The position numbers were made by a program, and so were the translations under genes. Below, one piece after another: positions 1 to 9,266 of a stretch of 64,000 nt of DNA. The stretch's first letter is position 1, and every line of letters starts with the position of its first letter. Under the pieces are notes generated by a model. That model saw nothing but the letters and a program-made list of their open reading frames with translations, was not told the DNA's origin and ran no database searches. The stretch is from Fibrobacteria bacterium (lineage in GTDB: Bacteria; Fibrobacterota; Fibrobacteria; UBA11236), in NCBI GenBank assembly GCA_043732185.1, contig JAYTHY010000136.1, positions 2,326 to 66,325 on the forward strand, given 5' to 3'.

Positions 1-2053
1 TCTTCCGATAGAGGATCGTCGTAAAAATCTGGATAACTTAATCAAATCCCAAAAAGAGCAAGCTGCAAAGTTAGCAGCGCTTAAAAACAAACTCGATACT
101 ACAGCCAAAGCATCTGGACCGCTTGACCTGCCGAAGGCACAATTGGATGAACTAGCCAAGGAATTGGATCGCAACATTGCCAATCAAACCGATTTGCAAA
201 AACACCTGCAGGAAGAATTTACCCAGGCTAAGGCAAAGAGCGATATGATGGATCAGGCCATTGAGGAACAAATGCGCATGGCGCAAGATATGCAATCTGC
301 CTCTCAGGATATTAAAAAGAATATGGAACAGGGAGCGAAGAACGGCATGCTCTCTCCGGAGTTGATGCAGAAAATGAAAAAAGTGGATGAACTTCTGCGG
401 GAAGTTTTACCGGACAGTTTGCGGCAAATGATGGAGCGAAAACTGCAGGGGCAGGAGGTCAATCAAGAGGAGCTGCGCCAGAAGTTAAAGGAAATGTTGG
501 AAAAACAGGCAGAATTGGTGGAAAATCTAAATCGAGCGTTGGCCATGTTGGAACAGTTACGGGATCGCAAGCGCATGCAGGAATTGAAACAAGCCTTGGA
601 AGAATTAAAATCGCGCGAAGACCGATTGTCAATGGATTTGCAAGCGGGCAAAGGAGACAAGCCTGAGGATGCCGAGCAGAAATCCATTCAACAAGGCACT
701 CAAAAAGCGTTGGCGGATTTCGCTGCTCAGGCGTCCGCCAGAAAATCCTTGCAGGACATGAACAAGCGTATGTCCGCCATACCCGTGCAGAAGGATATGC
801 AGGCTGTTCGAGAAGCATTGGCAAAAAGTTCCAAATCCGATTCCCCGTCCTCCTCTGCCGCAAACTCTGCTTCGGCTGCACAATCAGCGGCTTCTGCTTC
901 AGAAAAATTGGGTGCCATGTCCCAGTCGCTGGGAGACGCTATGGCCGGCATGGAAAATTCTGTGGACATGGGTGAAGTGCAAGAGCTGCTTCAAGAATCT
1001 CTTGCGCTCTCCCGTATGCAAATTTTGATTCGCAGTGGCTCGGCTGGACGAAGATCAGAAGGCTGGGAAGCGGATGAGGCCGGCCTTTATACGACCATAG
1101 CTCAAACTTCGGAATGGCTGAATGGGCGGGTGAAACAAGTTGCCGCAAAAGTGCCTTTTATTGGCTCGGCTCTGATGTCCGCATCCCGAAATTTAACGGC
1201 AAGCTCTCGAGAGACGGCGCGCCTATATTCCTCCGAGAAGGCAGACCAGACCCTTAAGTACACGCAAAACCTTTCACGCGAACTTTTGAAACTCATCAAA
1301 ATGGCTCAGTCGGGAAGTGGACAAGGGAGCGGGTCCGGATCCGGATCTGGGTCAGGCGCATCGTCCAGTAATCCTGGAGGCTCCGGGGAAGGACAATCCG
1401 GCGGAGATCTTTCCAGCCAGCTTCAGGGATTAAGCGGCAAGCAGATGGCAATCAATCAGGCCACGTACCAATTGCTAAAGTCCATGCTAGCAGGTAGGCA
1501 ACCTGGTCAAGGCCAAGCCGGTGCTGGAGAGAGCGGGCAAGCCCAAGGTGAAGGTGGCACGCCAAGCGGCAAACAAGGTGAAGGTGGCACACCAAGCGGC
1601 AAACCGGGAGGATCGGGATCCTCAACACTCCCTGGGATTGCCAATCGCCAAGGGGAGCTGGGCGAAGGTCTTGAATCCTTGGCGGAAGCGTTAGGTGAAG
1701 AGGGTGGAGCGGGTCAAAAGCTGCGGGGCTTGGCGGACCAGGCCCGCCAACTTGAAGAGGATTTGCGGCAAGGCCGGATGACTCCGGAAGAATTGAGGCA
1801 GCAACAAGAACGCTTTCAATCCAGATTGCTCGATGCTTCAAATGCCATGCAGGAACGCGGACAGAGTGAAATGCGTCAAGCAGAAACCCGTCACGGACCT
1901 GCCGGTGAAATTTCTGACGCTACTAAATCTGTAAGTGAGTCGAGATTGCTGCAGATCTTGCGTGAAGCCCATAAGAGCTCCAAGGGGCTATCTTTATCTC
2001 AGGCCCAACGGAAATACCTTGAAGAGTATTACGAGAGCCTGTTGACCCGCTGA
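1..2053 (+). CDS. Coiled-coil, low-complexity repeat protein, 5'-partial (the frame is open from nt 2 to the window edge with no stop before the first Met at 143)
   Basis: Long open frame with a heptad-like charged/Met/Gln-rich sequence. It carries an SGSGQGSGSGSGSGSG linker and a QGEGGTPSGK x2 repeat. The stop at 2051-2053 lies 12 nt before the mlaE start. Confidence 0.6.
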   Translation, partial: LPIEDRRKNLDNLIKSQKEQAAKLAALKNKLDTTAKASGPLDLPKAQLDELAKELDRNIANQTDLQKHLQEEFTQAKAKSDMMDQAIEEQMRMAQDMQSASQDIKKNMEQGAKNGMLSPELMQKMKKVDELLREVLPDSLRQMMERKLQGQEVNQEELRQKLKEMLEKQAELVENLNRALAMLEQLRDRKRMQELKQALEELKSREDRLSMDLQAGKGDKPEDAEQKSIQQGTQKALADFAAQASARKSLQDMNKRMSAIPVQKDMQAVREALAKSSKSDSPSSSAANSASAAQSAASASEKLGAMSQSLGDAMAGMENSVDMGEVQELLQESLALSRMQILIRSGSAGRRSEGWEADEAGLYTTIAQTSEWLNGRVKQVAAKVPFIGSALMSASRNLTASSRETARLYSSEKADQTLKYTQNLSRELLKLIKMAQSGSGQGSGSGSGSGSGASSSNPGGSGEGQSGGDLSSQLQGLSGKQMAINQATYQLLKSMLAGRQPGQGQAGAGESGQAQGEGGTPSGKQGEGGTPSGKPGGSGSSTLPGIANRQGELGEGLESLAEALGEEGGAGQKLRGLADQARQLEEDLRQGRMTPEELRQQQERFQSRLLDASNAMQERGQSEMRQAETRHGPAGEISDATKSVSESRLLQILREAHKSSKGLSLSQAQRKYLEEYYESLLTR
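1544..1603 (+). repeat. Near-perfect 30-bp tandem duplication (caaggtgaaggtggcac[g/a]ccaagcggcaaa) encoding QGEGGTPSGK twice
   Basis: Direct reading of the sequence; the two copies differ at one position. Confidence 0.8.
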
Positions 2054-2065
2054 GGAGGATTTAGC

Positions 2066-2857
2066 TTGAAGGTTTGGACTGGCATCGACGCACGCATTGT
2101 AAAGCTGGGCTACGCCTTTCTGGAATCCAAGCGAAACGTTGTGATATTTTTAAGGTTCACGCTGGATATGTTTTTGAGTTTGCCCTCGGTTTTCAGCAAC
2201 TTTCACATTGCCGTTGAACAAATGTATCTCATCGGCATCACATCCGTTCCACTGGTCGCCCTCACCTCCATTTTCACTGGCGCGGTAGCGGCTTGGCAAG
2301 CGGCCTATAACTTTGCCGACTATGTGCCGCTGCGTTATGTGGGTACGGCAGTAGGAAAGTCGGTTATGCTTGAAGTCGGTCCAGTGCTCACGGCCCTGGT
2401 GGTTTCCGGTCGAGTAGGTGCTGCAATGACCGCCGAACTGGGTACTATGGCGGTTACGGAACAACTAGATGCTATGAAGGTGCTGGATCTCAATCCCTTC
2501 CGTTTTCTAATGGCACCGCGACTTTTTGCCGCCATGATTATGTTGCCTATGCTGACGATATTTTCTTCCTTAATCGCCATTCTGGGTGCCCTTTTCGTGG
2601 TTACCCTGTTCAAAGGCTTAGCACCGGAATCTTTCTGGTACGGTGTTCGGCTCTTTTATACCAACTGGGACATGTTTGTGGGTATTCTGAAGTCCTTTGT
2701 ATTCGGAATCATCATTTCCCTATTCGGCTGCTATTACGGTTATACGAGCACGCATGGCGCAGAAGGCGTTGGCCGAGCGACCATGGCTTCTGTAGTCGCC
2801 GCCAATGTTTCCGTGCTCATTTCCGGATTTTTGATTTCTAATTTCTTGCTCCGTTAA
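2066..2857 (+). CDS. mlaE: MlaE/YrbE-family ABC transporter permease (phospholipid/organic-solvent-resistance type)
   Basis: 263 aa, multi-TM, with typical MlaE blocks (VGPVLTALVVSGRVGAAMTAELGTM...EQLDAMKVL). TTG start preceded by a GAGGAGG SD. No mlaF or mlaD is adjacent. Confidence 0.75.
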   Translation: MKVWTGIDARIVKLGYAFLESKRNVVIFLRFTLDMFLSLPSVFSNFHIAVEQMYLIGITSVPLVALTSIFTGAVAAWQAAYNFADYVPLRYVGTAVGKSVMLEVGPVLTALVVSGRVGAAMTAELGTMAVTEQLDAMKVLDLNPFRFLMAPRLFAAMIMLPMLTIFSSLIAILGALFVVTLFKGLAPESFWYGVRLFYTNWDMFVGILKSFVFGIIISLFGCYYGYTSTHGAEGVGRATMASVVAANVSVLISGFLISNFLLR

Positions 2858-2884
2858 GCCCTACCCGCCCCTAGAGGACCCCAC

Positions 2885-5560
2885 ATGAATCAGAAATACC
2901 TGACCAATCTCGGCCTGCAAGGCGATTTTGTCGACTCCTTGCGCGAATGCTACAACCGGCGTGAACCAGCCGAGCGGATCACTGCCGTCAAGTCCGTTCT
3001 GGCGCGCCATCGCAGCAGGATTCGGACTATCAATCAAAGCGGCCTCTCCGGTACAGATACGGTGCGTTTTATCAGTGAAATGACCGACACTTTGATCCGG
3101 GTGATGTGGGATCAACTTGAGATGACGCAGCCCAACGAGGCCAATCTGGTTGGCGTAGTGGCTGTCGGAGGTTATGGCAGGATGGAGTTGTGTCCGCAAT
3201 CGGATATCGATTTGCTGATCATCACTTCAGAAAAACCCACTCGGCATGAAATCGAACAAGCCGAATACCTGGTTCAGAATTTATGGGACTATGGCTTTCA
3301 GTTGGGCAGTTCAGTCCGCAGTATCTCCCAATGCAAGGAAGCTTCCAGCAAAGATTCTGAAACCTGGACATCTTTTCTCAATGAACGCTTTGTAGCCGGC
3401 AATCACGTCCTCTACCGAAAGTTTGTCGACCTATTATCCAAAAGGCTTTTCCCTTGGAGGGTTTCGGCTTTGATCGAAGCCAAGATCGAGGAACGCGAAC
3501 TCCGCAAGAATCAATTGGGCTCACTTGTGCAGCTACTTGAGCCTAACCTTAAGGAGGGGATAGGTTGCTTGCGCGACGTCCATTCCATGATGTGGATCGC
3601 TAAAGTAAAACACAACTGCAATGATTTCGGAGATTTGGTTCGCGAAGGATTGCTCACGCCACAAGAGGCGGAAGATATCCGCGTGGGGTATGATTTTCTC
3701 TTGCAAGTACGTTGCTGTCTGCATTTTATGACGCAGAAGAAGGACGATCATCTCACCTTTTCCCTGCAACCCGATGTGGCCAAAGAACTCGGTTTTGAAG
3801 AGGATCACAATCAAAAACCGGTCGAAGTTTTTCTTAAAGTCTTTTATCATCACACCAAAACCATCCTTCGCGTAACCTCCGGAGTGGTCTCGCGTTGGAT
3901 TAAAGTCAAAGAGAAAATCGCTAAAGCTTCCATACTCAAGGATCACTCCCATTTCAAAACCGTGGACGGTGTTCTTGACTTGAAAACGCGAGTGGGGAAC
4001 CCATTCCTGGATAATATCAGCTTGATATTGGAGTATTTTGAGATATCCAATCAGCGCCAACTTGGATATGCCCATCACGCCATCCTTCGTCTCAAACAGG
4101 CTATCAGCATCCTATCCAGCAACCAAGAACTCGACACAAAATCGCATCTGATTGAATTCCTCCGCCTTTGCAAAAGCACGGAGCGAGCCGGTCGCATGCT
4201 CAGATGCATGAATGACGTTCGATTAATTGGCCTACTCATACCGGACTTCAACCATATCTACTGTCATAGCCAGCACGACATTTACCATATCTACACAACC
4301 GATGAGCATACTATCACTGTGGTGCGACAGCTGGCTTATATGGCCAAGCATACCGATAAGCAAATGGAATCCCTCCAGAAGGCGTTTTCCTTGGTCAATG
4401 ACATGGAAGTGCTGATCTTGGCCTGCTTCTACCACGATATTGGAAAGGGCGTGGGCCCCAATCACAGCATCAGCGGCGCGAAGATGATTTTCGAGTTCAT
4501 GGAGAAAATGGGATTCTCAGCTTCGCGATGTAAGGAAGCAGCCAATTTGGTTTTATACCATCTCATTATGAACGAGGTAATTCAGAGAAGGGATTTGGAA
4601 GATCCCAAAACTATCAGGGATTTCATTACCAAGGTGGAAAGTCCAGCTACCTTGCATAAGCTCTATGTGCTGACCTATTGTGACGTCTCCTCCGTGCATC
4701 CTGATGCCTGGTCCAGTTGGAAGGCTATCTTGCTGCAGAAGTTATATGACGGGGCGCTAGAGGAGATGCAAAGCCCTTTCCAGGCTGTTTTAGCTTCGCG
4801 AAGCCTGGAAGATCAGTTGATAGAGAACGTATCCAAGCGAATTTCGGAATCCGAAGTTCGCACGCACCTGGAGATGCTGCCTCGCCAGTACGCATCTTCA
4901 ACTACACCGGAAGATATCATTGTCCATATTGGTATGCTGGCTTCCTTGGTTTCACAAAAGTTTAGCGTTCGTATTCTCGAAAGACCTACCCATTGGGAGA
5001 TTACCGTAGTCGCAAATGATGATGAAGCTCTGCTTCTCACCATAGCGGGTACGCTGACCCAACTCGATCTCTCCATTTTAAGTGCCCGTATTTTCACTCG
5101 TGTGGATGGTAAAGCAATCGATAAGTTCTCTGTATCCGTGCCCGAAGGATGGAAATCGGGATCTAGTTTGGAGCATGGCCTGGTCCAAGAATTGGAGAAG
5201 AACACTCGATTGTCGCATGCGCAATTGCAGGATTTAAGAACGCGCTTTAAGACGAAAAATGTTTTTAAAAAAGTGCGCGACATGCGTATGAAGCCCGCTG
5301 TGACGTTCTCAAACACGATCTCTGATAATTTCAGCACGGTCGATCTCACCTGCTCGGACCGCATAGGATTGCTTTTCCAAGTGTGTAAGGTCCTCAGCGA
5401 GTTGAAGTTGCAAGTCCATGGCGCCATCTTGACTACCGAAGCCGACAAGGCGATGGACGCATTTTATATTACCGACGCTGCGAATAAAAAAATTGAAGAT
5501 GCACAACTCATTGATTCGATTATGACTACACTCATTTCGGAGTTGTCGGATACGTTGTGA
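2885..5560 (+). CDS. glnD: [Protein-PII] uridylyltransferase/uridylyl-removing enzyme GlnD
   Basis: 891 aa. Nucleotidyltransferase motif GGYGRMELCPQSDIDLL, HD domain (HDIGKG), and two C-terminal ACT-like domains. Confidence 0.85.
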   Translation: MNQKYLTNLGLQGDFVDSLRECYNRREPAERITAVKSVLARHRSRIRTINQSGLSGTDTVRFISEMTDTLIRVMWDQLEMTQPNEANLVGVVAVGGYGRMELCPQSDIDLLIITSEKPTRHEIEQAEYLVQNLWDYGFQLGSSVRSISQCKEASSKDSETWTSFLNERFVAGNHVLYRKFVDLLSKRLFPWRVSALIEAKIEERELRKNQLGSLVQLLEPNLKEGIGCLRDVHSMMWIAKVKHNCNDFGDLVREGLLTPQEAEDIRVGYDFLLQVRCCLHFMTQKKDDHLTFSLQPDVAKELGFEEDHNQKPVEVFLKVFYHHTKTILRVTSGVVSRWIKVKEKIAKASILKDHSHFKTVDGVLDLKTRVGNPFLDNISLILEYFEISNQRQLGYAHHAILRLKQAISILSSNQELDTKSHLIEFLRLCKSTERAGRMLRCMNDVRLIGLLIPDFNHIYCHSQHDIYHIYTTDEHTITVVRQLAYMAKHTDKQMESLQKAFSLVNDMEVLILACFYHDIGKGVGPNHSISGAKMIFEFMEKMGFSASRCKEAANLVLYHLIMNEVIQRRDLEDPKTIRDFITKVESPATLHKLYVLTYCDVSSVHPDAWSSWKAILLQKLYDGALEEMQSPFQAVLASRSLEDQLIENVSKRISESEVRTHLEMLPRQYASSTTPEDIIVHIGMLASLVSQKFSVRILERPTHWEITVVANDDEALLLTIAGTLTQLDLSILSARIFTRVDGKAIDKFSVSVPEGWKSGSSLEHGLVQELEKNTRLSHAQLQDLRTRFKTKNVFKKVRDMRMKPAVTFSNTISDNFSTVDLTCSDRIGLLFQVCKVLSELKLQVHGAILTTEADKAMDAFYITDAANKKIEDAQLIDSIMTTLISELSDTL

Positions 5561-5626
5561 AGACATCTTGCAGCGACGAGATGATCACAGACTAAAAAAT
5601 ATTTTTTCATTTTTTTTAAATAACTG

Positions 5627-5645
5627 CTTGACTATTTAAGTCAAG
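5627..5645. promoter_or_regulatory. Perfect 7-bp inverted repeat CTTGACT-attta-AGTCAAG overlapping a TTGACT (-35-like) / TATCAT (-10-like) pair; candidate operator/promoter
   Basis: Seen directly in the sequence. Additional AGTCAA-like half-sites occur at about 5712 and 5755. Confidence 0.3.
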
Positions 5646-5809
5646 AACTTTATCATTAAGTCATCAAAGAGTTGAAGCGGGAAAGATTGAACATCAAAAG
5701 CAAACATTCTGAAGTCAATCTCGAGGAAAGAAAATTTTCTCGAAACGTTTTTCGGTCAATAACCACAGACCCAAAACGAACCGCACTGTCTGTCGTAACA
5801 AACATCACT

Positions 5810-5815
5810 TATAAT
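5810..5815 (+). promoter_or_regulatory. Consensus TATAAT -10 hexamer about 28 nt upstream of the mini-ORF start
   Basis: Perfect TATAAT, but no good -35 match. Called from sequence only. Confidence 0.25.
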
Positions 5816-5843
5816 AATTTAAATGCCGGAGGGAGGTGATTAC

Positions 5844-5930
5844 ATGGCCGCCAAGAAGAAAGCTACCAAGAAGGTTGCAAAGAAAGCTGCAAAAAAGGTT
5901 GCTAAGAAAGCTTCCAAGAAGAAGAAGTAG
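5844..5930 (+). CDS. 28-aa lysine/alanine-rich basic mini-protein (MAAKKKATKKVAKKAAKKVAKKASKKKK), histone-H1/Hc-like tail composition
   Basis: GGAGG sits 8 nt upstream of the ATG. The frame is clean to a TAG stop and is followed by a hairpin plus T-run terminator. It falls below the 60-aa cutoff of the supplied ORF track. Confidence 0.5.
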   Translation: MAAKKKATKKVAKKAAKKVAKKASKKKK

Positions 5931-5973
5931 TTCTTCGGTATCCCCGTGAGGGTGATATCTAAGCTTAGAGGAG

Positions 5974-6002
5974 GTCAGGATTTCCTGACTTCCTTTTTTA
6001 TT
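5974..6002 (+). terminator. Rho-independent terminator (GTCAGG-attt-CCTGAC stem followed by TTCCTTTTTTATT)
   Basis: The hairpin and T-tract lie immediately downstream of the mini-ORF. Confidence 0.5.
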
Positions 6003-6108
6003 GTATATCGAGTAATTAAAACATCTTAGCAGGCCAAGTAAACGACCTTCAGATGGAACCTCTGGGTAAGCACTAGGAAAATATTTCCTAGTCAGCCCCA
6101 TCTGCAAC

Positions 6109-7854
6109 TTACATTTGTTCGATTGCCGGTACGCCGATCATCTCAAGGGCTAAGCCAAGGGTAATTCGAGTGCAATCGATTAAGAAGAGCCGCTCGGCTT
6201 CCGCTTCGCTGCCCAATGCGCGGCATACATGCAGAAAACTATGCGTTCCCTCTGCAATTTCAAGTACATATTGGGCTACGGCGATGGGGTCATTGGCATC
6301 GATGGCAGTCTTGATTTTATCAGGAAAAAGGCTCAAGGTTCGGATTAATGCCTGTGTTTGCGGCTCAGAAAACTTCGAAAAGTCGATTCCGGCAGTGCCA
6401 GACTGGGCAGGACGATCCGGCTCATGCCGGTTAAATCGCTCCGCACTTTTTCGGAGGATGCTGCAAAGCCGGACATGAGCATTCTGCACATAGGGTCCAG
6501 AATCGCCTTCAAAGCTTAGTGCTTTATCCCATTCAAAGCGTATGTCGTTAAGGCGTCGGTTCTTAAGTTCGGAGAAAACCAGCGCACCCACACCGATTTT
6601 CATGGCCAGAGTATCCTTATCGACGGCATCAGGGTTTTTTTCCTGAATAATACCAAGGATTTTTTCCTGCGCGCCGATCATCACATCTTTAAGCAAACTG
6701 GTTTGCCCGCTCCGAGTCTTTCCCTTTTCCCATCCGCCTTCTTCACTCTTAATCAAGACCAATCCAAATGGGACATGGACAACTTTATCCTGCCAAGGGA
6801 ATTCCATGAGTTCCAATATTTTTTTCAACTGCTGGAAATGCAGGCTTTGTCCATTGTCGACGATATACAAGCAAAGGTCGAAGGAAAAAGTTTGCTGGCG
6901 ATATATGGCCGCAGCAATATCACGGGTGATATACAGGGTGGCGCCATCGGTTTTGCGCAGCAGGGCTGGGGGCAGATTGTGTAGAGATAGGTCCACTATT
7001 TCAGCGCCTTGACTTTTTGTCACCAGTCCCCGGTTTTCGAGATCGAGCATTGTCTTACCCATGTGATCCAGGAAGTAAGATTCACCTGTGTAATAATCGA
7101 ACTCAACGGCAAGCATTGTGTAAATGCGCTGGAGCTCCTTTAAGGTGATATCCTTAAAGGCCTGCCAGAGACCACGGAATCGCACATCTCCCGCTTCCAG
7201 CTGTTGGAAAGCGTCTCGCGCCTGGTTTTCAAGAATCGCATCTATTTGGGAAGCTTTTTCAAATCCCTTATACAGGTTATTGAGTCGCTCGATCGTTATA
7301 TCGGCCAAGTCAGATTCCGATAATCCTTCGCGCAAGAACATCACAATGAGTTTGCCGTAGGACGTGCCCCAGTCACCCAGGTGGTTGATTCTGACAACCC
7401 GATATCCAGCCCATCGATATATTCGGCTTAGTGAGTTGCCGATCATCGTTCCGCGTAAATGGTGAAAGGCAAGTTCTTTCCCCATATTTGGAGAGGAATA
7501 ATCAATGACTACCGTGCGGCCTTGGCCAAGCTCAGTTTTTCCATAGTCTCGACCCATCTCTGCAATCTTGCTCAAAGTCCGTCGGGCAAAATCAGTTGGG
7601 TCAATGAAAAAATTGAGATAACCACCGAGCGCTTCAATTTTTGTAAACGCACCGAAAGGCTGGATGGCATCCGCCAATTCTTTCGCGATAACGGGTGGGG
7701 CCTTGCGCAATTTTTTGGCGAGGGCAAAACATGGAAATGAGAAGTCTCCCTGGCCAGCATGCTGGGGAAGAGTCAAGACATCGTGAATTTCGGTGGGAGA
7801 GAGAGTAGCAAGCGGCGCAAGCAAGGCCGCAATTTCCTCTTTATAAGTCTTCAT
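6109..7854 (-). CDS. argS: Arginine--tRNA ligase
   Basis: Class-I motif block IDYSSPNMGKELAFHHLRGTMIGNSLSRIY plus the C-terminal anticodon-binding region. The ORF is open to 7968, but the Met at 7854 (MKTYKEE) avoids overlap with rsfS and gives a typical length. Confidence 0.85.
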   Translation of the reverse strand: MKTYKEEIAALLAPLATLSPTEIHDVLTLPQHAGQGDFSFPCFALAKKLRKAPPVIAKELADAIQPFGAFTKIEALGGYLNFFIDPTDFARRTLSKIAEMGRDYGKTELGQGRTVVIDYSSPNMGKELAFHHLRGTMIGNSLSRIYRWAGYRVVRINHLGDWGTSYGKLIVMFLREGLSESDLADITIERLNNLYKGFEKASQIDAILENQARDAFQQLEAGDVRFRGLWQAFKDITLKELQRIYTMLAVEFDYYTGESYFLDHMGKTMLDLENRGLVTKSQGAEIVDLSLHNLPPALLRKTDGATLYITRDIAAAIYRQQTFSFDLCLYIVDNGQSLHFQQLKKILELMEFPWQDKVVHVPFGLVLIKSEEGGWEKGKTRSGQTSLLKDVMIGAQEKILGIIQEKNPDAVDKDTLAMKIGVGALVFSELKNRRLNDIRFEWDKALSFEGDSGPYVQNAHVRLCSILRKSAERFNRHEPDRPAQSGTAGIDFSKFSEPQTQALIRTLSLFPDKIKTAIDANDPIAVAQYVLEIAEGTHSFLHVCRALGSEAEAERLFLIDCTRITLGLALEMIGVPAIEQM

Positions 7855-8254
7855 CCTCGTCTTCGGCATCTTCCTGGTGAGTGACATAATCTTCCGCTTT
7901 GAGCTTGGTCGATTTGGCATCGGCCCAAAGGCGTTCCAAGGAATAATAATTTCTGGTGTCTTTTTCAAACAGATGTAGGATCAGATCGCCATAGTCGAGC
8001 ACGGCCCATTTCACACCGCCGTGGTATTCGGAGCGCAGCGCTTTCAGTCCATCCCGACTGAGCATTTTATAGGTATAGTGCAAAAGTGCCCGCATTTGCG
8101 CTTCATTGGCGCAGGTGCAGATGAGATAGTAATCCGTTAGTGAACTCAGACCGCGCAAATCGAGCAAGACCACTTCTTCCGCCTTCTTGCTGAAAAGTAT
8201 GGTCGCTGCTTTATTAGCCAAGTCCAGTGCCTCTATGTTTTTTGCTTTTGCCAT
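7841..8254 (-). CDS. rsfS: Ribosomal silencing factor RsfS (Iojap family)
   Basis: 137 aa with VLLDLRGLSSLTDYYLICTCANEAQMRAL and an acidic C-terminal tail. Confidence 0.8.
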   Translation of the reverse strand: MAKAKNIEALDLANKAATILFSKKAEEVVLLDLRGLSSLTDYYLICTCANEAQMRALLHYTYKMLSRDGLKALRSEYHGGVKWAVLDYGDLILHLFEKDTRNYYSLERLWADAKSTKLKAEDYVTHQEDAEDEDEDL

Positions 8255-8628
8255 CGCTTGATGACCTCCTCGTAATCCCTTCCGATAAAAACCGTGGCAT
8301 CCACCATGGCCGTTGGATCGAAAAGATGAATCAAATTATCGGTGTGCAGAACTTTCGCCAAATCACTGGCTATATTTTTATTTGCCGTGCGCGCGACGAC
8401 AATGGTCCGTGAATAATTCCAGCTGGATGCATTCCCGAATTCAATAATGTCGAAACCTTGATCCGTGAGATAATTTCTAAAAAGTTCAGCGGCTCCACCT
8501 TTTCCTGATCCGTTCAAGACCTGGATCTGGCCTGTATTCGGTACGAATACAGGTGCAGTTTCTTTCTCGCGGCATGCGTTAAAGAGCAATGCCAAAAGCG
8601 CTAAGAGTAATGCTGGAATGCGAAACAA
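8233..8628 (-). CDS. LytR_C-domain lipoprotein
   Basis: Signal peptide with Cys (LLFNAC). The remainder fits the LytR cell-envelope-related C-terminal domain pattern (IQVLNGSGKGGAAELFRNYLTDQGF...). Confidence 0.5.
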   Translation of the reverse strand: MFRIPALLLALLALLFNACREKETAPVFVPNTGQIQVLNGSGKGGAAELFRNYLTDQGFDIIEFGNASSWNYSRTIVVARTANKNIASDLAKVLHTDNLIHLFDPTAMVDATVFIGRDYEEVIKRWQKQKT

Positions 8629-8635
8629 TAGATGC

Positions 8636-9220
8636 TTATCGAATCCAGGGATTTAAAAATGGGTCCGGATTCCCATAGGCCTTGACTGCATCCTGGCCAT
8701 TGATGAGGTGGATGGAAAAGGTTGTGTTTTGGGTGGGCTTATATTCCAAGCCTAAACGAGGCAACACCAGTGACGAACCACGGCTTGGATCTTGAATGCC
8801 GCGCGTGCCAAAGCTACCCGGCGTACTTGAGTACAGAGGAGAATAAAACCCGACGTCAGCGGAAAGCGTTAACGGGTCCGCTAATTTATAACTCAGCGTA
8901 TTCAAATACAAACCAGCGGAAGCGGAGCCGAAGGAGCCAGAAGCAAAGTTAACGGAATAACTCTGACGCATGGAAAAACGGTTGGGATTCAGGAAAGAGA
9001 ATCCGGAAACTCTGGTAGAAGAACGATAGTCGGGCGAAAACAAATCATTGCGGTCAAAGGTCGAATTTTGGGTAAGGAGGGTATGCGGTGTGTTTGCCCC
9101 ATCCACCGCATCCATTACATCAGCTGCGAAAACAAAATTTAGGCTCGATAGACACAGGAATAAACCAAGGGCCAACCGCTGAAAACGGCATGGGCTCGCA
9201 GGATTATTGGAATTTTCCAT
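8636..9220 (-). CDS. Hypothetical secreted protein
   Basis: The ORF is open to 9292, but a Met at 9220 gives a plausible signal peptide (…RFQRLALGLFLCLSSLNFVFA) and removes the overlap with panD. I recognise no family. Confidence 0.4.
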   Translation of the reverse strand: MENSNNPASPCRFQRLALGLFLCLSSLNFVFAADVMDAVDGANTPHTLLTQNSTFDRNDLFSPDYRSSTRVSGFSFLNPNRFSMRQSYSVNFASGSFGSASAGLYLNTLSYKLADPLTLSADVGFYSPLYSSTPGSFGTRGIQDPSRGSSLVLPRLGLEYKPTQNTTFSIHLINGQDAVKAYGNPDPFLNPWIR

Positions 9221-9266
9221 CGGTTCCCGGCGTTTATGTGCTTCCATTATAATATAGGCTGGCAGG

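Noticed and set aside
1309-1620. Repetitive GS/GQ-rich nucleotide stretch checked as a possible CRISPR or minisatellite.
   Set aside because: The repeats are in-frame codon-level low complexity. The units are not separated by unique spacers and there is no leader or cas context.
459-1841. Several 60-140-aa ORFs on the minus strand inside the coiled-coil gene, and similar antisense ORFs inside glnD, actB, dnaA, ptsP and others.
   Set aside because: These are shadow ORFs inside long, well-supported genes. They have no independent start signals and are treated as non-coding.
6076-6096. 9-bp palindrome ACTAGGAAA-ata-TTTCCTAGT at the argS 3' end, considered as a terminator or protein site.
   Set aside because: It has no flanking T-run in the correct strand sense. 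It is likely incidental or a weak bidirectional terminator.
5805-6107. 100-aa minus-strand ORF across the K-rich mini-gene and its terminator.
   Set aside because: It is antisense to a better-supported small gene and terminator, has low complexity and has no RBS.
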